In this document: piece after piece, positions 29,379 through 41,300 of the stretch
How positions within the stretch are numbered: the stretch's first letter is position 1
Layout of the letters: each line of letters opens with the position of its first letter
NCBI RefSeq assembly: GCF_022045235.1
Contig: NW_027266297.1
Span: 37,076,001-37,140,000, forward strand
DNA from: Haliotis cracherodii
Taxonomy: Eukaryota
DNA: 64,000 nt
Direction: 5' to 3'
Program-made: the position numbers and the translations under genes
The notes under the pieces: generated by a model
The model's database searches: none
What the model was told of the DNA's origin: nothing
Seen by the model: only the letters and a program-made list of their open reading frames with translations

Positions 29379-32300
29379 CACACTCACACTCTCTCTCTCT
29401 CTCTCTCTCTCCACACGCACACGCACACACGCATGTGCATGCACGTCTCTATATTAGTATACTTATTCCAGTTTCCTTCATACATACAACTGTACAATTA
29501 CACTTACGATGCTTACAGATATTTTCACATCCTTAAACAGATACCCGGTAATGATCTGGTCATATGTACATCTATGTCACTTGGTTCATGCATGTCATCA
29601 CATTCAAATTGTGGAGATCGATGCTCATGATGTCAATCACTGGATTGTCTGGTCCAGATTCAATTTTTTTTAGAAACAAACTAAGATCATTTTCAAATCT
29701 ATCATGTCTATGAACTGTTATTTTCAATAAATATTGATATTTTCAGGCCAGTGGAATGCAAGTAATATACTCCCCTGCCCCCAAAGTGTCTCACACCCAC
29801 AGTGCCCTGCCCCTACAGTGACACACACCCCCAAAGTGCCTCACCCCCACAATGCACAACCCCCACACTGGCCTGCCCCCACAGTGCCACACCCCCATAG
29901 TGCCCTGCCCCCACAGTGCCACATTCCCATAGTTCCACACCCCCACAGTGCCTTGCCCCCACAGTAACCCACCCCCACCGTGGCTTGCCCCTTCAGTGCC
30001 AAACTCACATAGTGCCCCCACCCCCACTGTGCCCCACCCTGCAGTGCCCCACCCACACTGCCAAAGCCCTATAGTGCCCCAACCCCACAGTGCCATTCCC
30101 ACACAGGGCCACACCCACACAGTGCCCTGCCCCCACACAGTGCCACACCCCGACAGTGAGTGTATGCTTGTGTTGCAGGTGACTGTGGAGTACTTCCAGC
30201 TGCTGCACACTGTATCCGCCCCCCTACCTGTACAGGTATGTCCATCTCTGTCCTCCGCACCACTCTGGTGTCTTGTATCATTACTGGGAGTCTGAATACC
30301 TTTCCTTTCAAATATTGAGATCCAGGGAGTAAAATTGGTTCAGATGAGATCTGAATATAATTGGTTTTAGTGAGAAGTATGTTGAAAGAGTATTGATTTC
30401 CTTGAACGTGATTTGCAATAATGTTCAGACTATCAGACTAGCACCACCATTATCATAATTTTCACAATTTTCACTTTCGATGTGCCATAACTCATTTCTT
30501 GTAAAAGAATATCTATACTGTGTAGGTTTTGGGCCCAGTGCCATAAGTTTAGTGCTATGTAAGTCTTGTAAATTACTTGTATTGGTGTACGACTATATCA
30601 GGGTTAAAAATTGGCACTAGTCCTGTAGTCCTTGCCAAACTGCACAATGGTTAAGGTATCATAAGGACTAGGAGAAATTTGCCATTTTAAAGGGGTTTGC
30701 TATATGTTATCAATATAAGTACTAGTAGACTAAATCTGTTCATTTCTACCGCTGGTATAATCCTTCTGTTCATTGGATTCCACATTAATGATCATGTTGT
30801 GTGTGCCCTCAGTTCCACACCCTGTGTGAGAGCAGCAAGACGTACGAGCCCGGCAGTCAGTACGCCGAGTTTGTCCGCAGACTCCCAATACCCACACCCA
30901 ATAGCGGCAAACTAGAACACTTCAGTTTTGAAGCATTTGTTGCTGGAGCCAAGTAAGTCTTGTCTTATGTGTTTGTTTGTTTCACTTTAATACTGACTTG
31001 TATAGAGAGGGGGCACGGGTGGCCCAGTCGTCTGAGGCGCCGCGATTCGCTGTGCAGAGTTGCGTCCCTTGGGCACGCTAGTAACCTATGATTGTGGTTT
31101 GGAATCCCGGTTCGCCCTGATTATGTTTCTAGTTTTGTCAGCACCATACCCGGGCTCGTGGGTTTCACCGAAGTGGTTAACGTCTGAGACCTGCTTTACT
31201 TCAGGCTTTCCTCCCACATTAAGCTGATACGCCGTGATTTAACTGGAATACTGTTAAAAGCGGCATTAAACCCAACTCACTCACTCACTCTTGTATAGAG
31301 AGAACCTTGTGGGGACTCCGCGTTAGAATACATCCCAGCAATCTATGCTGCCTGGTAAGAGGCTGTCAAATGTGATCAGGTGGTGACTCGGTGACTTGGT
31401 TCATTGAGATTATTTTATCCCGACAGCTTTGTTTGCTGCTCACAGTAGCAATCACTGGACCCGTGAAGATTCCGGGATAGAATAGGTCTTCCTCATCCCA
31501 TGCTTGCCGTAAAAGGTGACTAACGGGATCGGGGGGTCAGGCTCGCTGACTTGATTGAAGCATGTCATCGATCCCAATTGCGTAGATCGATGCTCATGAT
31601 ATTAATCACTGGATTGTCTGGTCCAGACTCGATTATTTACAGACCGCCGTCATATAGCTGGAATATTGCTGAGTGCGGCGTAAAACAACAAACCAACAAC
31701 AACAGTAGCAATCACTGGTTTGTGTGTTCCAGACTTGGTTATTTACAGACCACAGTCACAGCCACACACACAAATACACATGCATGCACGTCGCTATATA
31801 AGCGCAATAATCTTGGACGCAACGTTAAACCCAATTTCACCTCACCTCACCATAATACCACAGCATAATAACTGAGAGCACATGGCCCCTTATGTTGGAA
31901 CCCTTCAAGGTGTACTTCTCCTTTCAGGTATGGTGAAGGCCGGAAGCCCAGCACACAGTCTAATGGTTCCGCCTCTTCTGACATGATACCATCAAATGAA
32001 GGATCACCGGTGTCCTCTCCTAGGAAAGGTGAGTCTATGTTACTGACATCATGTAAACTATGTACAGGATTTGGGATGTATTTTGGCCTGTGTTGGCATG
32101 TGGTCCTATGCAAAGGTCACAGGTCACAAATCAGGTGAAGGTCATGGAGAGTAGGTGGATGGGTGACTGCATTTGGCAGCTTGACTTCTCAGCTTCTAGG
32201 GCTTCGGTCCTGCCCCACACTAAAGCACATGTGGTGTGTCCTAGGGCAAGTGACTTTATTCGAATGCCTCTGTTCACCCATCAGTGAGTAGGTACCTGGT

Positions 32301-35300
32301 TGGATCAGATAGGTTTGTGACTGTTAACCTTCTAGCACCTCACAGGGCCGATCGGGTAGCCTAGTGGTTAAAGCGTTAGCTCGTCACGCCGAAGACCCGA
32401 GTTCGATTCCCAACATGGGTACAATGTGTGAAACCCTTTTCTGGTGTCACCTGCCGTGATATTGCTGGAATATTGCTAAAAGCGACATAAAACCATACTC
32501 ACTCACTCACTCACTCACTCACTCACTCACTCACTCACCTCACCTCACAGGGAGCTTTGGGTTGTATGCTGCCAAGGGAGCTGAGAATAATAATGCCCCA
32601 GTGTGCTGTGGAAATACAGCACAATATAACTAGCCTCATTTTTATTTGATACTGTTACCAGCTTATGACGTTCTTAAATCTGTGTCCTGCTTGTTGTGTC
32701 CACATTAAATGACTTTAGGCCACCTTTTTACAAATTAGAAAAGAAATATGATGGTGTTAAGTACACATAGTTATTACGATTATATTGTAGTGGGATCAAA
32801 ATGATATGTATGTATTTTCACTTCAGACAAGAATCGAGGCCCTGTAAAGGCATGGGGTCATTCTGTGGGAATTGGTAGCGACACTGATAGTGCCAGTGGA
32901 AGTAGCAGCAACAAGTCACATGATTCATCGCCTAGCAACAGTCCCCATGCCAATATGAGGAGGCAACTTGTAGCCAGTCAGTCATTGGATGAATTAGCAG
33001 AAGAGGAGCCAGAAAAATATGCAAATGGTTTGTAAAAACTGAAATGGCCTTGAACTTAATCATGATATATATGCTTGATTGATAATTAGCTCCAGAAAAG
33101 CTTTTGTACAATATGTCATATGTGCCTTTTTGGTCTGCAGTTCTGATTCTGGATGAAACAAATAATAATGGACTTTTACCAACTTCTCTTCATGGAATGT
33201 CCCTCATGTAAGATAGGTCAAGATCATTTACCAATGCAGTTGATCAGTATTACAGGAGTCAGAAAGTTGCTTTTTAGATTTGTAACATCTTCAGTTGAGC
33301 ACAAATTTCTGGTTTTATTGTTGGGTATATATATATTGGATATATTCTGTCCAAGAATCCCTAGGGGTGATGTGGATGAGACTTTCATTGTTTTCTTGTA
33401 GGTGATGAACAGCGACGGAATCTCATCAAGAGAATAATGTCAGCCAGTGAAGATGTGGTAGGTGTTTGATTAAAATCTCAGAACAAAATATGCGAATAAT
33501 TTCCAAATTGACAGGAACTTAAGATTCTCTGTTCAGAAAAATATGAGTTGATGAGATGATTTGTCTTTAAGGATGAGTTAGTAAGAGGACTTATGGTTCC
33601 GATGTTACCTCAAGAACTGATCTAATCCTTTCTGGGTCAGTGGGGTAGGTTAATGGGTGAAGTGTTTGCCACACCAAATGCTCGGGTTTGATTCCTCCAG
33701 GAGTACAACGTATAAAGCCCTTTCTAGGTGTATTCTTGCTGGAGTTGTGCTAAAAATCGCTTTAAATTGGTGCACTTTACTTCAGCTGATAATTGCAAGT
33801 TTGCAGCGCCTGAAACTTAATGCTATGTGGTTTTAAGAATGATTTTTTCCATCAGCCAAACCGAGGTCGGCGGCACACAACATTTGGTGTAGACTTCCAG
33901 GAACAGGTGAACCAGTTTAAGATGGAGGTGCCACCCATTGTGTCCATGTGTCTGTCAGAGGTAGAACTGCGTGGACTCACCATCAAGGTAGGTTCAACAC
34001 CACGCAAATGTCAGTTTACACATTTAGTTGAATTTGCAGCATTAGAAATTGGCACTAGTCCTGTAGTCCTTCCCAAACTGCCCAATAGTAAAGGTATCCT
34101 AAGGACTAGTAGACATTTGCCATTTTTAAGGGTTTTGCTATATGTTATCACTATGAGGACTAGTGGAGTAAAACTGTTAGTCTCTACCGATGATTTGTAT
34201 CTTAAGCTAAATGTACCGTGTATTCCGAGTTATTGAAGCCTCAATGTATCCATTTCTCTACCCAGGGAATGTACAGAGTGTCCGGTGTGAAGAGTAAAGT
34301 GGAGAACTTGTGCAATAGGTTCGACATTGACCCGGACTCAGTCGACCTCTCAGAACAACACCCTAATGTCATCTCCAATGTGCTGAAACTCTACCTACGA
34401 CAGGTATGGTTTAAACCAGGTGTATCTACTAATGCAACCGTGTTTAAAAAGTAGCAATCTTTTACTTTGACAACTAGTCCAATGCTCAAGTTTACAGTTT
34501 CTACTGAAAGGAAAGCCAATGGACAGTTGGGCTTTGTCACCTTCAGTAGTTTAGTACAAGATTTGTATTCACTACGATCCTTTTATCACCCATGCATACA
34601 TGTGACTGCTGAGTAGGGCTGGGACGGGTAGCTGGGGTACTCAGGTCAGGTGGATACTGAGAAGCACCCGGATACCCGGACCTGTGGTTAGTCATGTGAT
34701 ATATTGTTTAAGGAAAAAAATTATCTAGAACTCTATGGTTAAACTACAAGTCACTAATGTTTGCATTTCTTTCTCACTATGCATGCATTCCTTCTGACTT
34801 TTATGTTTGAATAAAGATAAAACATAAGTCAACTTCAGTGTATTCATGACCTGATAGTTGTTTGTGTGTATTTAAATACATTTTGCCAGGGCTATGGTCA
34901 ATCTATTCCCAATTATACAAATTTGTACCTTTCTCTAGAGACCTTCAGCGATTACCCAGGTAGGGTTGGGTAATAGTGGCTTGGGTACCCGGGTAGTAAC
35001 TTTGGACTTGTCCCAGCCCTACTGCTTAGTGATGTATAAGAGACATGTGTCTATTTTCATCTGATGAAATGGAGCCTTGTATTACTGTGTGTAGAAACTT
35101 AGTGTGACCCATTACATTGGCTGATACTGAAGTAATGTGTAGAGCTCATGACCATACATGTTGCATGAACCAATGCCGTTTGTACAATATAATCTGAGTG
35201 CTCATTGGCCTGAGGAGTCTGTTCCCACATGCTGGGAGACCCATGAAGATTCCGGGTTAAAATAGGCCTTCAGCAACCCATGCTTGCCGTAAAAGGTAAC

Positions 35301-38300
35301 TATGCTTGTCTTAAAAGGCGACTAACAGGATCGGGTGGTCAGGCTCGCTGGATTGTCTGGTCCAGACTCTTAGTATTTTCAGACCGCCGTCATATAGCTG
35401 GAATATTGCTGAGTGCGGCGTTAAACAACAAACAAACAAACATGCCGGGACCAGGCCATGACTTGAATTGTTGGTTAAAAATAGCGACTGAACTGCAAAG
35501 TGGCTGTACATTTGTATTTCAGCTTCCAGAGCCCCTGTTGACGTTCCGGTTTTACTCAGATTTTATACATGTGGCAAAGGTATGTACACCTGATATGAGG
35601 AAAGATTTTATGCATGTGGCAAAACAGAAAAGTAAATCCATTTCATTCCTGTCTTCAATGATACCATAGCTTCTAAAGATCAGGGCACATAGGTGGCGCT
35701 GTCACGTAAACCGCCACAAGTACCCGTGCAGAGTTGCCAGATATAACTGTGATCGTGGGTTTGAATTCCAGATTCTCCCTGATTATGTTTCTAGGTTTGT
35801 CAGCACCATACCCCGCTGGTCATAATGCCTTTTTTGAATTTTAACTCCACAGTGTTACCCTGTTGGGATTCTGTGTTAGAACTGGCTCCCAGCAACCTCT
35901 GTTGGTCATAATGGCTTAGTGGATTGGATCGCCAGGCTTGTTGACTTGGTTCATGGTGTGTCATTGTTCCCCGATGGTGTGGATCATTGCTCACAAAATT
36001 AATTACTTGATTGACTGGTCTAGACTCCATTATTGACTGCTGTCGGGGCAGTCGGGTAGCCTAGTGGTTAAAGCGTTCGCTCGTCACGCCAACGACCCGG
36101 GTTCGAATCCCGACATGGGTACATTGTGTGAAGCCCATTTCTGGTGTCCCCCGCCTTGATTTTGCTGGAATATTGCTAATAGCGGCGTAAAACCAAACTC
36201 ACTCACTCACTCACTTATTGACTGCTCTCATATAGCAGGAATATTGCTGAGTGGAGCATTTTATAACAAACACACACACTCACCAGTATCAGATGTGGGC
36301 CAATACCTACAGACGTTAAAAGATGGTACTTGTTGTTGCCCTGTCTGGCGCTGGGCATTAAGGGGATAAGACAAGGACAGATGTGGGCCCACCTTTATGA
36401 CTGTTTCAGGCACACACACACTCACTCACTTGTTTCAGGAACACTCACTCACTCACTCACTCACTCACTCACTCACTCACTCACTCACTCACTCACTCAC
36501 TGAGATGTGGGCCCACTGTTTACCTCTGTGACTGTTTCAGGCACACACACTCTCACTCACTTGTTTCAGGAACACACACTCACTCACTCAGATGTGGGCC
36601 CACTGTTTACCTCTGTGACTGTTTCAGGCACACACACTCTCACTCACTTGTTTCAGGAACACTCACTCACTCACTCACTCACTCACTCACTCACTCACTC
36701 ACTCACTGAGATGTGGGCCCACTGTTTACCTCTGTGACTGTTTCAGGCACACACACTCTCACTCACTTGTTTCAGGAACACTCACTCACTCACTCACTCA
36801 CTCACTCACTCACTCACTCACTCACTGAGATGTGGGCCCACTGTTTACCTCTGTGACTGTTTCAGGCACACACACACTCACTCACTCGTTTCAGGAACAC
36901 TACTCACTCACTCACTCACTCACTCACTCACTCACTCACTGAGATGTGGGCCCACTGTTTACCTCTGTGACTGTTTCAGGAACACACACTCACTCACTCA
37001 CTCACTCACTCACTCAGATGTGGGCCCACTGTTTACCTCTGTGACTGTTTCAGGCACACACACTCTCACTCACTTGTTTCAGAACACACTCACTCACTCA
37101 CTCACTCACTCACTCACTCACTCACTCACTCACTGTTTACCTCTGTGACTGTTTCAGGCACACACTCACTCACTCGTTTCAGGAACACTCACTCACTCAC
37201 TCAGATGTGGGCCCACTGTTTACCTCTGTGACTGTTTCAGGAACATACATCAGGTGTTATGAGTAGCCTGAAGACGATAGAGAAGTTGTCCTATCTGGTT
37301 CGGATGCTGCCTCCTTCCAACTTTAAAACCTGTGCTGTTCTCATGCATCATCTACAAAGGTAAATAATCAAATCACCACAGAATTCCACGGATTTCGTTA
37401 CGTCAAGTGTCACTTTTGTGATACATGCCATTACAATATACACATAAATCATGTAGACCTCAGCTAACTTTCAGTGTGCTTTTTTTGAGTAAAAACATTC
37501 TCATCCCTTCTCTCTTGGGGCAGTGAGGTAGCCTAGTTGTTAAGGCAATCGTCATCACACTAAAGGCCTGTGTTCGATTCCCCAAATGAATGCAGTGTGT
37601 GAAGCTCATTTCTGATGTCCTGGTCCATGATATGACAACAATGCAGTCCTGACAACACCCAGCATGAACGCAGTTTATCTGCCTTACAGCACAAAAAACA
37701 AGATCCTGATCCTCTGACATGTACCCATCTTTCATAGTTATTACCAGAGAGCCAATTGCGTGATTATTTTACCTTGTTTCATTCATCTAAGAGTGTGTTG
37801 TATAGAAATTTGAATACATTATCAGGGTAGCCGCTCACTCTGATGTGAACCAGATGAGCTCCAGCAACCTGGGCATCGTCTTCGGCCCAACACTACTCCG
37901 ACCAGCGTAAGTAACACTACTCCGACCAGCGTAAGTAACACTACTCCGACCAGCGTAAGTAACACCACTCCGACCAGCGTAAGTAACACCACTCCGACCA
38001 GCGTAAATAACACTTCTCCGACCAGCTTAAATAACACTACTCCGACCAGCGTAAGTAACACCACTCCGACCAGCGTAACACTACTCCGACCAGTGTGAGT
38101 AACACTACTCCGACCAGCGTGAGTAACACTACTCCGACCAGCGTGAGTAACACCACTCCGACCAGCGTAAGTAACACCACTCCGACCAGCGTAAATAACA
38201 CTTCTCCGACCAGCTTAAATAACACTACTCCGACCAGCGTAAGTAACACCACTCCGACCAGCGTAACACTACTCCGACCAGTGTGAGTAACACTACTCCG

Positions 38301-41300
38301 ACCAGCGTGAGTAACACTACTCCGACCAGCGTGAGTAACACCACTCCGACCAGCGTAACACTACTCCGACCAGTGTGAGTAACACTACTCCGACCAGCGT
38401 GAGTAACACTACTCCGACCAGCGTGAGTAACACCACTCCGACCAGCGTGAGTAACACTACTCCGACCAGTGTGAGTAACACTACTCCGACCAGCGTGAGT
38501 AACACCACTCCGACCAGCGTGAGTAACACTACGCCGACCAGCGTAAGTAACACTACTCCGACCAGCGTAAGTAACACTACACCGACCAGTGTAAGTAACA
38601 GCTGACAAGCCATCCACCCTGTGGACTGTATATGCTGGGTTTAAGTGAGATAGACATACGTATAATTTTCATAATACATGTATGGAAGATTCATCTACAG
38701 AATAGCAGTGTCTGAGTAATAAGGCAGAAAAATGTTTGTGTTTTCTTTGATACAATTATCATGTTATGTTAGTAAGAAGAATACTGATCTCCATTGTGTG
38801 ACTTATTAACAAAATAAGCCACTTATGATGTTTTGGGTTTTTTTTCATTTCTATATTGATGTCAATATTGATTCGGGTATATCACTGTCCAGAATTTAAG
38901 AAGGTGATAGCCAACAGCCGTCTTGGAAAACATTCTTCTCAATTAATTTCAAAATTACAACAAAAAAGATTTACATGTCATTGCGTTTCTGTGATTATGC
39001 AGGGAAGGAACAGCCTCGCTAGCCTCTCTGGTGGACACACCACACCAAACCCGGGCCATTGAACTACTTATCTCATCAGCACAGGTATCTAGCATAGCAA
39101 CATGAAATCAACACTTCCAATGCAAACTTTTCTGAATACTGCCGTGTATCATGAGTCCCTCCAGTGGGAATTGCAGGTCTCCTGTACTTACTGCTGGTAG
39201 AAAGACCTCAGACCCCAGTGAAGATCCGGCCTAGAATTGGTCTTCAGCAAACCCATGCCCATAAAAAGCCACTAACGGGATCGGGTGGTCAGACGCACTG
39301 ACTTGGTTGATGCATGTCATTGTATCCGAATTACATAGATTGATACTCATGATGCCAATCACTGGATTGTCTAGTCCGCTTACTGCCGTCATATAGCTGA
39401 AATATTGCTGAGTCAGGTAGTAAACAACAAACAAACATACCTGACTTAGCAGGGATAGAAATATCTACTGGACCGAAGAGTAACAACATATGACAATACC
39501 CCCTTAGGATACCTTTGACATTAACAAAACTGGTCCTGGCCAGTGGGCTGGCTGTAACTTCCATTCCTGCTAAGATGAGGTGATTTGTCAGATTGCATGT
39601 CATTGCATCCTGATGCCATTGATCATTGATCAATTGGGATCATTGTCAATGGTTTGCCTGGTCCTGACTGTTTTCTGATATAATTAAAATAGTGCTGACT
39701 GCAGCATTAAACTAAACAGCATTCACTCACTCACTGTAATGAAAAAACACAAGATGTGACTTTCAAAAGTGTTGTGTTTGAAATAAGAAATTCGAATATG
39801 AGTGTTTGTCTTTATTGTGTACAGTTCCCATACCAGGCTGTTGATGTGACATGTGTTGTAATGAACATGTTCCGTCTCTGTTACAGACCATTTTTGGTCC
39901 TGGAGCTGACTATCAGCTTATAGGAGGTGAGACACCGGTGGAGGAGCTGCCCGATCCAGCACCCCAAGCAGCCAGACAGACAAAATCAGGTAGTCCATCC
40001 ACTCATCCTAGAGTCCCGAAACTGAGGGGTCTAGTGGACAGAGCGTTCACTCATCCTAGTGTCCATAAACTGTGAGGGGGGCAGTCAGGGGGTCTAGTGG
40101 ATAGAGTGTTCACTCATCCTACAGTACACGAACTGTGAGTGGGGCAGTCTAGTGGATAGAGCGCTCACTCATCCTACAGTACACGAACTGTGAGTGGGGC
40201 AGTCTAGTGGATAGAGCGTTCACTCATCCTACAGTACACGAACTGTGAGTGGGGCAGACTAGTGGATAGAGTGTTCACTCATCCTACAGTACACGAACTG
40301 TGAGTGGGGCAGTCTAGTGGATAGAGTGTTCACTCATCCTACAGTACACGAACTTTGAGTGGGGCAGACTAGTGGATAGAGTGTTCACTCATCCTACAGT
40401 ACACGAACTGTGAGTGGGGCAGACTAGTGGATAGAGTGTTCACTCATCCTACAGTACACAAACTTTGAGGGGTGCAGTCTAGTGGACAGAGCGTTCACTC
40501 ATCCTAGTGTCCATAAACTGTGAGGGGGGCCAGTCAGGGGGTCTAGTGGATAGAGTGTTCACTCATCCTACAGTACACGAACTGTGAGTGGGGCAGTCTA
40601 GTGGATAGAGTGTTCACTCATCCTACAGTACACGAACTGTGAGTGGGGCAGACTAGTGGATAGAGTGTTCACTCATCCTACAGTACACAAACTTTGAGGG
40701 GTGCAGTCTAGTGGACAGAGCGTTCACTCATCCTAGTGTCCATAAACTGTGAGGGGGGCCAGTCAGGGGGTCTAGTGGATAGAGTGTTCACTCATCCTAC
40801 AGTACACGAACTGTGAGTGGGGCAGTCTAGTGGATAGAGTGTTCACTCATCCTACAGTACACGAACTGTGAGTGGGGCAGTCTAGTGGATAGAGCGTTCA
40901 CTCATCCTACAGTACACGAACTATGAGTGGGGCAGTCGAGTGGATAGAGTGTTCACTCATCCTACAGTACACGAACTTTGAGGGGGGCAGTCTAGTGGAT
41001 AGAGTGTTAGCTCATGCTGATAACCTGGGTGAATTCTCACATTCAGGGTTTCAGCTGTGAGTGAGTGAGTGGGGTTTTACGCCGCTTTTAGCAATATTCC
41101 AGCAATATCACGGCGGGAACACCAGAAATGGGCTTCACACATTGTACCCATGTCGGGAATCGAACCCGGGTCTTCGGCGTGACGAGCGAACGCTTTAACC
41201 ACTAGGCTACCCGACCGCCCTCAGGGTTTCAGATCATTTCATGTTTTGCGACACAGACTGATTGTCATCTAAAACGATCTGAGGATATTTTTCAAATTTG

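Noticed and set aside
29734-30311. Pro/His-rich and Gly/Trp-rich ORFs
   Set aside because: Low-complexity repeat; only 30179-30235 is coding.
31458-31540. Assigning the family C head to HDV-like or pistol ribozyme classes
   Set aside because: Partial resemblance only (CTAA after a hairpin; pseudoknot with an AATAG linker). The required P3/L3 or P2 elements do not fit by spacing, so it is left unclassified.
37822-38617. Mucin-like (SNTTPTSV)n and hydrophobic (VVLLTLVG)n ORFs
   Set aside because: They are translations of the 24-bp intronic minisatellite; the gene's own frame hits a stop in the first unit.
36378-41010. CRISPR-like appearance of the repeat arrays
   Set aside because: There are no unique spacers and no cas genes, and the context is a eukaryotic intron.
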